Source: Candidatus Melainabacteria bacterium (GTDB lineage Bacteria; Cyanobacteriota; Vampirovibrionia; 2-02-FULL-35-15). Taken from it: 64,000 bases of DNA. Numbering within the stretch: position 1 is the stretch's first letter; each line of letters begins with the position of its first letter. Under the pieces are notes generated by a model, which was not told where the DNA came from, searched no databases, and saw only the letters and a program-made list of their open reading frames with translations. The stretch spans positions 91,535 to 155,534 of the forward strand of contig JACPSL010000018.1 of NCBI GenBank assembly GCA_016193285.1, given 5' to 3'. The translations under genes and the position numbers were made by a program. Of the stretch, positions 9,769-19,208 are shown in pieces.

Positions 9769-10476
9769 ATGAAAAGTACAAACTCTAGAAAGAATTTTCT
9801 TTATGCTATTTTATTTTTAGTTGCTATATTCTTTAATAGTCTTCCTCTTTATGCACAAACACTACAAGTACAAGCTTCCTTATATAACAGGCTTGGAGGA
9901 GTATTTGTGATTAGCGCTGTTGTAGATGATTTTACTGAAAGGTTAGTTTCTGATCCTATTATTACTGCAAATCCAAACATTGTAGCTGCAATCTCTGAAA
10001 TTAATAAGCCAGGACTAAAGTTCCTTATAACTGAGTTCCTTTGTGATAGAAGTGGTGGACCACAAAAATATACAGGGAAAAATATGAAAGAAGCTCACCA
10101 AAATTTAAAAATTACAGAAATTGAGTGGGGTACATCAGTAAAAATATTACTTGATGCTCTTGCAAAACAAAATGTCCCAGAAAAAGAAAAAAATGAACTA
10201 GTTGCACTTATATCAAGCATAAAGGGAGATATTGTTTCAGCTGAAATAAAAGTTCCTACACCACAAGTTCCTCCATTACAAGTCCCTGCTCCACTAGGAC
10301 AAGCTCCTTTTCCACAAGTTGCTCCTCTCCCACAAGCTGCTCCTGAAGTGCAAGTTGTGCCACCTCCTTTACAAGCTCCACAACCTGTAATCCCACCAGT
10401 ACAAGCTGCACCTGTAATAGAAGCAGTACCTCCTGATATCGAAAATATACTTCCTGATCTAGCACCACCTGAGTAG
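9769..10476 (+). CDS. group I truncated hemoglobin with signal peptide and Pro/Gln-rich tail
   Basis: SLYNRLGG...AVVDDF...FLC..SGGPQKYTGKNMKEAH trHbN motifs. Confidence 0.85.
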   Translation: MKSTNSRKNFLYAILFLVAIFFNSLPLYAQTLQVQASLYNRLGGVFVISAVVDDFTERLVSDPIITANPNIVAAISEINKPGLKFLITEFLCDRSGGPQKYTGKNMKEAHQNLKITEIEWGTSVKILLDALAKQNVPEKEKNELVALISSIKGDIVSAEIKVPTPQVPPLQVPAPLGQAPFPQVAPLPQAAPEVQVVPPPLQAPQPVIPPVQAAPVIEAVPPDIENILPDLAPPE

Positions 10477-10680
10477 CTATTTAATACATAGCATTAAATC
10501 CATCAAGCATTTTTAAAAACCTTGGAGATTCTGCTTGCTTTAAGATTTCAAGAAGCATTCTTACATGATCTATTGCTGCTTAGTTGCTTTCACAAATGTC
10601 AATAATTTATCATTAGAAGACTTGATTGTATAGCACTACAATATAGCCATGTCTATTTTGTGGTATACTGCAAAGTAGCC

Positions 10681-11889
10681 ATGATAGAAAGAGAGCTATA
10701 TAGTTTAATAGAAAAAGATAGCAATCTAAGACAAATGTCTTTTGTTGCAGGGCCAAGACAAATAGGGAAAACAACTCTTGCTAAAGAATTATTGCATAAG
10801 CATAATTGCTCAGAGTTTTATTTTAATTGGGATTTAGCTTCTACAAGATCAAATTATAGAGAAAATTCAAATTTTTATTCTAACAACATAGGGAACAGGA
10901 AGAAGGTCTGGATTTGTTTTGATGAAATCCACAAACTAAGAAAATGGAAAAATATATTAAAAGAGCATTTTGACAAAAATGAAGGCAGAATGAAAACAAT
11001 AATTACTGGAAGTGCAAGGTTAGATCTGTTTAGAAAATCTGGAGATAGTCTTGCAGGAAGATATTTTTTATATCATTTGTTACCTTTAACGCTAAGTGAA
11101 ATTTCAGCAAGGGGAAAAAATGTTGAAGAGAAGCTAGCATCAGCAATAGACTTTATTGAATTAAGAATAAGTAGGAAAGTTAAATCTAAAAACTCAATTG
11201 ATCAGCTACTAAGATTCAGTGGTTTTCCAGAGCCCTTTAAAATAGCTTCTGAAGATTTCCATACAAAGTGGAAAAAGTCTTATGTTGACAGGCTAATCTA
11301 TGAAGATTTGAGAGAGATATCACAGATTCAAGACCTGGAAAAAACTGCACTATTAATTGATTTACTGCCAGAAAGAATAGGAGCACTTTTATCAATTAAT
11401 TCACTAAGTGAAGATTTAGAAGTAAATTTCAGAACAGCTAAAAATTATCTTAAAGCATTAGAATTAACTTACATATTGTTTTTTATTAAACCCTATACAA
11501 AAAATATTTCAAGATCGGTAAGAAAAGAACAAAAAGTCTATTTCTATGACTGGACAAGAATTAACAATGAATCAAATAGATTTGAAAATTATGTTGCATG
11601 TGAACTTTTTATACTAGTTTCCTTCTGGAATGATTCTGGATATGGATATTATGACTTGAATTTTATTAGAACAAAAGATGGAAAAGAAACAGACTTTCTA
11701 ATTATAAAAGATAAGAAACCCTGGTTACTTATAGAGGTAAAGCTTGCGTCAAAGGAAATAAAGTCGCATCATATTACACAAGCAAAATACTTAGGTAATA
11801 TTCCGGTTATTCAGATAGTTTATGAAGGAAGTGTAATAAAAAGATTAGATAAGAATTTGTTTATAATTTCTGCTGAAAAGTTTTTTTAA
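10681..11889 (+). CDS. AAA_14 / DUF4143 family ATPase
   Basis: GPRQIGKTT, FDEIH, TGSA, SLAGR, GFPE, FENYV, ETDF, IEVK; probable start at ATG 10681. Confidence 0.9.
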   Translation: MIERELYSLIEKDSNLRQMSFVAGPRQIGKTTLAKELLHKHNCSEFYFNWDLASTRSNYRENSNFYSNNIGNRKKVWICFDEIHKLRKWKNILKEHFDKNEGRMKTIITGSARLDLFRKSGDSLAGRYFLYHLLPLTLSEISARGKNVEEKLASAIDFIELRISRKVKSKNSIDQLLRFSGFPEPFKIASEDFHTKWKKSYVDRLIYEDLREISQIQDLEKTALLIDLLPERIGALLSINSLSEDLEVNFRTAKNYLKALELTYILFFIKPYTKNISRSVRKEQKVYFYDWTRINNESNRFENYVACELFILVSFWNDSGYGYYDLNFIRTKDGKETDFLIIKDKKPWLLIEVKLASKEIKSHHITQAKYLGNIPVIQIVYEGSVIKRLDKNLFIISAEKFF

Positions 11890-12203
11890 AGAGATCTTAG
11901 CTCCATTGTAGAAGAAGTCAGAACCAGAATTTGGGAGCGTGGGTATCTATTGTGCCTAAGAAAATAGTGTTACACCTTTTACAGAAATTTACCTATGAAA
12001 TCTCTCAGACTTTTTCAGTGAAGCCTACCTAGTAGTAAAAACCTTACCTCTTTTCTTTCAAGTGGCAATTTTCAATTTAGATTAGGGTTATCCTAAAGTT
12101 GATCGGGGTATCCTTAAAAATTTTTGTTATGTTCTGGTGATCACTGAGCTTTCACTGACAACCTTACTATACTTAGGGAAGAACATTAATGTAGGAGGTA
12201 CTT

Positions 12204-12398
12204 ATGAAAGAAATAATTTATAAGTTACTGGTTATAGCATTTCTTATTCCAACTTTACAACTTCCTGTTTTTGCAGAAGGTGATTGTATTCTTGATGAAG
12301 CAGGAGTTTGTCAGGAAGGGGAATGCAGACTGGAAGATGGAGAGATCGGTGTTTGCAGACAATCAGGTGATGATTGTGTATGCTCTCCAAATAACTAA
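12204..12398 (+). CDS. small secreted cysteine-rich protein (6 Cys)
   Basis: AGGAGG SD; signal peptide ending VFA; mature part EGDCILDEAGVCQEGECRLEDGEIGVCRQSGDDCVCSPNN. Confidence 0.75.
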   Translation: MKEIIYKLLVIAFLIPTLQLPVFAEGDCILDEAGVCQEGECRLEDGEIGVCRQSGDDCVCSPNN

Positions 12399-12400
12399 CA

Positions 12401-12928
12401 ATGTTTAATTTTAGATCAGATAAGGGGAATGTGCTTCTTGAACTAGCTTTAGTTACTCCACTTTTAATAATGTTTATTGGAGTAATTTTTGAAGCTTCAC
12501 GAATGTATTATATCCAAAGTGCTTTAGAGTATGGAGCTAAAGAAGCTGCACGAATTGGTTCATCAGTTAAAGAAAGTGTTGATGCTAACTACATGAGTAA
12601 GAGTACTATTTCACGTTATGAAATTGAAAACTTAATAAAAAATAGTGTGAGAGTAATGGGTGTAATTGAAGAAGGAGCACAATTTATGATTAGATACTTA
12701 AATCCAGCTGGTAATGAAATTAGTGGTGTTCAGGATAATTTGCCATTTGACAGAAAAAATGATCCCGGTGCAATTGATTTTGTAGAAGTAGAAATTACAT
12801 ATCCTGGAAGTGGACCTGGAGTAAACAGTCCAATTCCTGTAGTAATAAATCCAGGAAATATTTTTAAAGACAGTATAACTTTAAGTTCAAAAGCAATATT
12901 TAAAATTGAAGGAAGGTTTGAAAGATGA
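12401..12928 (+). CDS. tadE: TadE-like pseudopilin
   Basis: KG|NVLLELALVTPLL prepilin motif; GAKEAARIG. Confidence 0.85.
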   Translation: MFNFRSDKGNVLLELALVTPLLIMFIGVIFEASRMYYIQSALEYGAKEAARIGSSVKESVDANYMSKSTISRYEIENLIKNSVRVMGVIEEGAQFMIRYLNPAGNEISGVQDNLPFDRKNDPGAIDFVEVEITYPGSGPGVNSPIPVVINPGNIFKDSITLSSKAIFKIEGRFER

Positions 12929-13428
12929 AAAATATTTTAAGAAGAGATTTAGGAGCAATAATGGTAGAAGCTGCATTTGCAATACCAGTGTTTTTATTTT
13001 TAATTTTTGGTTTACTTGAACTTTCAAGAATAATGTACATTAAAAATGCATTAAATATCGCAGCTCAACAAGTAGCAAGTTCAATTTCAATACATGCAAA
13101 AAGGACAGCAACCTATGATGTTGCTTCTTTTTCAACTTATGCAGCCAGCATTCATTATCCAGGTGCTGTGTTTAGCTCAAGTCAGTTTTCTTTTAATGTT
13201 ACAAATGCTTCAAACAGTTCTACAGTTACAAATGGACAAGCTGATGGAATAGCAAGCACAAAAGTTGTAGTGAATGCTATTTTTCCACCACCAAATAGTG
13301 GTGTTAAAGTTCCAACTTTTGATCCAGGTAGATTATTTGGTGCACCAATTTTTGGGCGAAATGGTATACAGCTTTCAGCACAAGCAATTTGTTTTCTTGA
13401 ACGCTCAAGGAGACCTGTATTAAATTAG
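12925..13428 (+). CDS. TadE/TadF-like pseudopilin
   Basis: LG|AIMVEAAFAIPVFL prepilin motif. Confidence 0.85.
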   Translation: MKNILRRDLGAIMVEAAFAIPVFLFLIFGLLELSRIMYIKNALNIAAQQVASSISIHAKRTATYDVASFSTYAASIHYPGAVFSSSQFSFNVTNASNSSTVTNGQADGIASTKVVVNAIFPPPNSGVKVPTFDPGRLFGAPIFGRNGIQLSAQAICFLERSRRPVLN

Positions 13429-13439
13429 GAGAAGTAAAA

Positions 13440-15083
13440 GTGAGACATAAAGTAAGAAATAATCCTGGATCAATTATACCCATGGCAGCTCTTTTAATGA
13501 GCGTGATTATTTCTTTTTCAGCACTTGCAATAGATATGAGTTATAACGGTATTGTAAGAAGTTCACTTGAAAAAGCAACTGAGTCTGCAGCTGTAGCTGG
13601 AGCACAAGAATATTTTAGAAATGGTGCTGATGCAGGAAAAGCAGTAAATGAAACTATTCGGATCTTTAAAATGAATGTTTCTAATGACACAATGATTGGT
13701 AACTATTACTCTGCTACTGGTATGGGTAGTCCAACAACATTAACTTATTCAAAAACATTTACATCAGGTGATAACTTAAGAGCTTTATTTAAACAACAAC
13801 CAATTACTTTAACCATCATGACTGACTTAAATCGCGGTAAAGTAACAGTAACTTCAGCACATACTACAAAATCATACTTTGCAAAACTGTTTACAAGTAA
13901 TTCAATGATCTCAATAACAAGAGAAGCAGAATTACCACCATATGATGTTGTATTTGTAGTTGACTTATCGGGCTCAATGAGATTTGCTACAGTAAGTACT
14001 TATATTGGAACTGCATATGTACAAACACAAGGAATGTCAGGTTTAGGACCACTGACTACAGATGTGATTATTACTCAGTCCCAGTATCAGCCAGGCATAG
14101 GCACAATGATTACAGCAAACGGCCTTGTGACAACTCTTTCTAATATCACTGATGTAGTAATTAACACACCAGGAACTGATATTCCTGCAACTGCAACCTA
14201 TAGTAGTGGCAAAAGTATTTATATCAATGATCCTGACAGAGGATTTATAGTAAATCACGATATGGCTAGTGGGCTTAGAAGAATAGCTTTAACTGGTTAC
14301 AGAATTAATCAATTAGCAGCATTAAATGTATCTGGTGAAGATAAACAACTTGCACAAACTTTTAATGACAATAAAAGTACAAATCAAGCAGTTGTAGACA
14401 ATTATTTTACTAGAGCAGCTTCTTATATAGAACCAGTTGCAAGTGCAATAGATGGTGTTAGTGCTTTTATTGATACTGTAAAAATATATGGTTCAGCTGC
14501 TTTAAAGTTAGGTTTAGTAACTTTTGAAAGTAGTTCTTATACTGCTGATATGACATCTAACTGGTATTGTAGTGAACTAGAAGGAGGAAATGTTTCTAAA
14601 TATATGAAAAGAACATTACCTTACTTAAGCCTTGTAAATCCTGTTAACTTTGATACTGTTACTAATAAACTATCCATCATGGCAACAAGTGGTACTGGCT
14701 CCTTTACAAATCCAATTGTTACTTATAGTTATCCTAATGGTGGTACAAATATAAATGCTGGACTTACTAATGCAAAGTATGTATTTGACAAAAGCGACAG
14801 ACCAAATTCTGAAAAAGTAATTATTCTTTTTACTGATGGTGAACCAACAGCACATACTTTTAGTGCACTTGGGCAAAAAGTTAAATCACTAACTGATGCA
14901 AAAATTAAAATTTATTCAATAGTACTTACTTTAGCTATATCACAAACTACTATTAATAATTTTAAATATCAAGTTGAAACTATTGGAAAAGCAGAGCCTG
15001 TAATATTTATAAATGATCCTGCAAAACTAAAAAATGCATTTCTTCAAATTGCTGATGATTTGGGATTAAAGTTGGTTAATTAA
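13440..15083 (+). CDS. tadG: TadG-like protein with vWA domain
   Basis: PG|SIIPMAALLM..ALAID..LEKATESAAVAGA; MIDAS residues DLSGSM, GGTNI, FTDGEP. Confidence 0.85.
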   Translation: MRHKVRNNPGSIIPMAALLMSVIISFSALAIDMSYNGIVRSSLEKATESAAVAGAQEYFRNGADAGKAVNETIRIFKMNVSNDTMIGNYYSATGMGSPTTLTYSKTFTSGDNLRALFKQQPITLTIMTDLNRGKVTVTSAHTTKSYFAKLFTSNSMISITREAELPPYDVVFVVDLSGSMRFATVSTYIGTAYVQTQGMSGLGPLTTDVIITQSQYQPGIGTMITANGLVTTLSNITDVVINTPGTDIPATATYSSGKSIYINDPDRGFIVNHDMASGLRRIALTGYRINQLAALNVSGEDKQLAQTFNDNKSTNQAVVDNYFTRAASYIEPVASAIDGVSAFIDTVKIYGSAALKLGLVTFESSSYTADMTSNWYCSELEGGNVSKYMKRTLPYLSLVNPVNFDTVTNKLSIMATSGTGSFTNPIVTYSYPNGGTNINAGLTNAKYVFDKSDRPNSEKVIILFTDGEPTAHTFSALGQKVKSLTDAKIKIYSIVLTLAISQTTINNFKYQVETIGKAEPVIFINDPAKLKNAFLQIADDLGLKLVN

Positions 15084-17149
15084 TACGAGGAAATCTTATT
15101 TTCTCTTGCAAGTCTCATAGCTTCCTGAGCTTGTGCATAACGTGCAGTTTCAATTCTCCATGCTGCATTTAGTAATTGTTGTTGTCTTTTAAGTTTATCC
15201 TCATTTTTTTTAAAATTATTTAGTTTTCTAAGTTCACTATATTCATTGTTTAAAGAAATGTTGTTATCTACTTTCTTATTTGTAGACTCATTATATTTCC
15301 CTGCATCTAAAGGCTCTTTCATATCAGGACCTTTTTCATCATCTTTCTTTATGTAAGGTTTAAATGGTGCTAGCTCATCAAAATCATGATATGGAATTTC
15401 TGGTTTAGCAAGCTTGGATATTTTAGCCACCGAAGTTGGTCTTACAATTTGTGGTGAAACAACAACAAGTAATTCTGTTTCACCTTGTCTAAATGACTTG
15501 CTTCTAAATAAAGTCCCTAAGATTGGGATGTCACCAATGCCTGGTACTTTACGGAGGTTTCTTGTATTGTCTTCTCTTAAAAGTCCACTTATAGCAAATG
15601 CTTGTCCTGTTTCAAGTTCAACCTGTGTTTGTGTTCTTCTTGTCCTAAATGCAGGTGGTCTTACTGATGTTGAACCTACTGGTACAACAAGGTTTGAAAG
15701 ATTAGTATCAATATCTCTTATTTCAGGACTAAGTTGTAAATAAATTTTATTTTCACCAGTTACTGTTGGTAGTATTACAAACCTTATTCCAAAAGGTTCA
15801 TAAGTAATATCTTGGCTTGCACCACCAGCTGTAAAAACTGATCTTACAATTGGTACTTCTCCACCAGCTAAAAATGAAGCTGGCTCTCCGTTTGCAACTA
15901 CAAGATTCGGTTCAGCAAGTGTTTTAATTTCTCCTCTTTCTTGAAGAGCCTGAAGAACAACTCCAATACCATTATCTGGATTAAAGATTGCTCCAGTTAC
16001 ACCATCTCCAATTGTTTGTGCAACAACTGATCCACCTGCAACTGAACCATGACCAAAACCAAATTCAGGAGCTGAACCTCCACTTGCAGCTTTAAATTCA
16101 GTTAAATTTGCTATTGAACCAATTTGTCCTAAAAGCTGCCCGATTCCACTCCCACCAATAAATGTTCCACCTTGAATTGTGCTGCCGCCAAACGTTGTAT
16201 TAAAACCTAAATTTCTTGCAACACTTCTTGAGACTTCAAAAAACCTTATAGCAACTGATACTTGTGGAGGATCTTTTACTGTTAAAAAACTAATTACTGA
16301 TCCATTTTGTGTAGTTGCAATTACACCACGACTAAGATTTGCATATCTATTTGAGGTAAATTTTATTGGGTCACGTGCACCAAAAGATACAGCTGAACCT
16401 TGGGTTTGAGTTTGCCCTTGAGAATCTGAATTTGCAGATATGTCATATCTTCCTGCCAACCCATCAACAATTTGTCCACCAGGTTGACTTATAATTTTTA
16501 TTCCTTGATCCCCTACATACACACCTGCAATTTGAAGAGCTCTGGCAATTATCTCTGCATTTGAAACTTCTCCTTTTAAAATTATTTTTCCACTAGTTGC
16601 TGCTGTAGATGATGACGTAGTAGAGCTGGAACTACCTGCAGTTGGAGAAGGAGTAGAAGAAGATGCTGCTGCTTGTGATAATGAACTAGTAGCAACTGAT
16701 GTTTGTTCGCTTGAAGTTTTTGATGTAGAACTTATATTAGAACTTGGTGGAATGTATTCTACTGTAATATTTTTATCTAGGTCTTGTAGTTGCTTAGTTA
16801 AATAATCAATATCAGGCCAAACTGAGATATCAAATCTTGCTGGATGTGAAGTTTCTTTTTCCCACATAATTATTGTACTTATACCTAATTTTTTAGCTCT
16901 AACAAAAACCTCTTTTTCATTTAGCACCTGAAGATCTACAATTGCTGGATCACTTACTGCAACTCTTAAAATTGTTTTATCACTTGATATGATTTCACCT
17001 TTTCCAAGGTTTAATTTTTTTATTTGAGTTTTATCTTGATAGTAATCTGCTTCAAGAAAGAAAACTTTTGAACTTACAGGGATTATTGTTTGAATACAAA
17101 AAGCACTAATTAAAGTTAATAAAAATAAAGTCTTAATGAATGGCTTCAC
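15080..17149 (-). CDS. rcpA: Tad secretin RcpA/CpaC
   Basis: RVAVSDPAIVD N-domain; LAEPNLVVANGEPASFLAGGEVP; KVPGIGDIPILGTLFRS; ETELLVVVSP. Confidence 0.92.
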   Translation of the reverse strand: MKPFIKTLFLLTLISAFCIQTIIPVSSKVFFLEADYYQDKTQIKKLNLGKGEIISSDKTILRVAVSDPAIVDLQVLNEKEVFVRAKKLGISTIIMWEKETSHPARFDISVWPDIDYLTKQLQDLDKNITVEYIPPSSNISSTSKTSSEQTSVATSSLSQAAASSSTPSPTAGSSSSTTSSSTAATSGKIILKGEVSNAEIIARALQIAGVYVGDQGIKIISQPGGQIVDGLAGRYDISANSDSQGQTQTQGSAVSFGARDPIKFTSNRYANLSRGVIATTQNGSVISFLTVKDPPQVSVAIRFFEVSRSVARNLGFNTTFGGSTIQGGTFIGGSGIGQLLGQIGSIANLTEFKAASGGSAPEFGFGHGSVAGGSVVAQTIGDGVTGAIFNPDNGIGVVLQALQERGEIKTLAEPNLVVANGEPASFLAGGEVPIVRSVFTAGGASQDITYEPFGIRFVILPTVTGENKIYLQLSPEIRDIDTNLSNLVVPVGSTSVRPPAFRTRRTQTQVELETGQAFAISGLLREDNTRNLRKVPGIGDIPILGTLFRSKSFRQGETELLVVVSPQIVRPTSVAKISKLAKPEIPYHDFDELAPFKPYIKKDDEKGPDMKEPLDAGKYNESTNKKVDNNISLNNEYSELRKLNNFKKNEDKLKRQQQLLNAAWRIETARYAQAQEAMRLARENKISSY

Positions 17150-17221
17150 AGTACTCTTATCAGAACAATAAGCAATAGTAAATGTTCCTTTTTTAGGAAT
17201 TTTTTATCTTGCTCAAGATAA

Positions 17222-18202
17222 TTATTGTGGCAGACCACTCCCAAGTGTTGAAATTAATTGAAGTACAGGAGGTCCTACACTTACTGCTAAAACACATGGA
17301 AAAATAAACAGTGCCATTGGAAGCATCATTTTAATTGTCATTTGTGCTGCTGTTTCTTCTGCTTTTTGTCTTCGTCTAACCCTTAAAAAATTTGCCTGGC
17401 TTCTAAGCACACCTCCAATACTAGAACCAACTTTTTCTGACTGAATTATAATCCTTGCAAGACTTTTTAATTCTTCTGAACTTGTTCTTGTTCCTAAGTT
17501 TAACCAACAAGTAGTCCTGTCTTGTCCTAAATTCATTTCTCTGTTTGTAAGAATAATTTCTTCAGCTAGATCTTTTCCTTTATTCCCAATATTTGAAGCA
17601 ACTCTTAGTAATGACTGATCAATTCCCATACCAGCCTCAGTACATATGACTAAAAGATCTAAGGCATCTGGCAAGATGCGATCAATGCTTTGTTGTCTTT
17701 TTGCTACTAGTTTATCTAAAAAAATATTTGGAAATATAAATCCAACAGCACCTACAATAAAAGCAAGAAACATTCCAGTTTGTAAATTTTTTCCTATTAC
17801 TGAAAGAATAAAAAATGGAATTACTGCAAGTACAATAGCTAAGGTTATTTTAATTGTATATAAAAACTGAAGTGCTTTTTTATCCCTGAAGCCAGCTTTA
17901 ATTAAAAGCTTTCTTGCAGCTGACTGTTTACTGTAAGGCACCTTCTCGCTAAACCAGCTCCCTACTTGTTCTCCAAGAGGAATTAAAACTCTTTTTGCAA
18001 AACTTTCATCTTTATCTTCTTTATCTTGAGTGTCGGGGGTGTACTTTGCAGATTCGCTTTTTTCAGATAACCAAAATTGTAATCTTTTACTTATTTCACT
18101 TGATTCAGCAGATATTGCTCTTGTCCTGTAGATTACTATGCAAATTAAAAATATTGCACCAAATGCACATACACTACTTAGAATAATCATTAGGTTTGTC
18201 AT
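17222..18202 (-). CDS. tadC: Tad platform protein TadC
   Basis: LPDALDLLVICTEAGMG; RRQKAEETAAQMTIKMMLPMALFIFP. Confidence 0.92.
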   Translation of the reverse strand: MTNLMIILSSVCAFGAIFLICIVIYRTRAISAESSEISKRLQFWLSEKSESAKYTPDTQDKEDKDESFAKRVLIPLGEQVGSWFSEKVPYSKQSAARKLLIKAGFRDKKALQFLYTIKITLAIVLAVIPFFILSVIGKNLQTGMFLAFIVGAVGFIFPNIFLDKLVAKRQQSIDRILPDALDLLVICTEAGMGIDQSLLRVASNIGNKGKDLAEEIILTNREMNLGQDRTTCWLNLGTRTSSEELKSLARIIIQSEKVGSSIGGVLRSQANFLRVRRRQKAEETAAQMTIKMMLPMALFIFPCVLAVSVGPPVLQLISTLGSGLPQ

Positions 18203-18212
18203 TTGTCTTTTC

Positions 18213-19208
18213 CTACACCTCCAACTTAGTAATTTTATTTATCATTAAATAACCAATAGTCATAGAAATAACACACCCAATTAAAATATTTTTTCCCATT
18301 GGATCTTTTACAAAGGTACTGTAAGTTTCAGGAGCAATTAAGTTCAACATTATATAAATGCCAATAGGTAAAGAAAGCAGAAGATAAGCAGACATCTGGC
18401 TTTCGGCAGTAAGAGCTTTAACCATTCCTTTTAATCTAAATCTTTCTCTTACGGTTTCACCGATACTTCCAATTAATTCTGAAAGATTACCACCAAGTTC
18501 TCTATTTATTATTATTCCAGTACATAAAATTTGTACATCCATTGCATTAACTCTTGCAGAAAGATTTTGTAGTGCTTCATTTAAAGATAGTCCTAAATTA
18601 ACTTCAATAATTACTTTTCCAAATTCTTCACCAAGTGGAGAAGGAAACTCTTCTGCTAAGTGTTTTAATCCTGTCTGAACATCAAGCCCTGCTCTTAAAT
18701 CAGAACCAAGCATGTCAAGTGCCTGGGGTAATTGTTTAACAAAATCATCTATCCTTTTAGCTTTTAAAAAATTTAATAACCCAAAAGGGAGAATTGCAAA
18801 GACTAGTCCTATTAAAGGAATATGGAAAAATAAATCAACTAACATTCCACCAATTAATCCAACAAGTCCTATAAACAATAAAAATTCTCCAACTTTAATT
18901 TTTAATCCGCTTTGCTCAATTAAAGTTAAAAGAAAATCAGATCTGTTTTTTAACAATCTTTGAAGTAAATCATTTAACCAAGGAATTGTACTAACCCGTA
19001 AATCCCTTCTTAGTGTTTGTTCTTGATTTTCAGTAACTGAACTTTGGGATACTTCACTGTATCCAAGGGTTTGTATATTAATTACTTGTTCAACTCTTTG
19101 ACTTTGATATTTTAAATTTTCTTTTCTTTGCCAAAAATAATAAATGGATAAGCAGATTAATATCACTACAAAAAATACAAAGACTGAAAAAATTATTGGA
19201 GCTAGCAT
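18213..19208 (-). CDS. tadB: Tad platform protein TadB
   Basis: QLPQALDML..LRAG; GGNLSELI..IRER..VKALTAE. Confidence 0.92.
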   Translation of the reverse strand: MLAPIIFSVFVFFVVILICLSIYYFWQRKENLKYQSQRVEQVINIQTLGYSEVSQSSVTENQEQTLRRDLRVSTIPWLNDLLQRLLKNRSDFLLTLIEQSGLKIKVGEFLLFIGLVGLIGGMLVDLFFHIPLIGLVFAILPFGLLNFLKAKRIDDFVKQLPQALDMLGSDLRAGLDVQTGLKHLAEEFPSPLGEEFGKVIIEVNLGLSLNEALQNLSARVNAMDVQILCTGIIINRELGGNLSELIGSIGETVRERFRLKGMVKALTAESQMSAYLLLSLPIGIYIMLNLIAPETYSTFVKDPMGKNILIGCVISMTIGYLMINKITKLEV

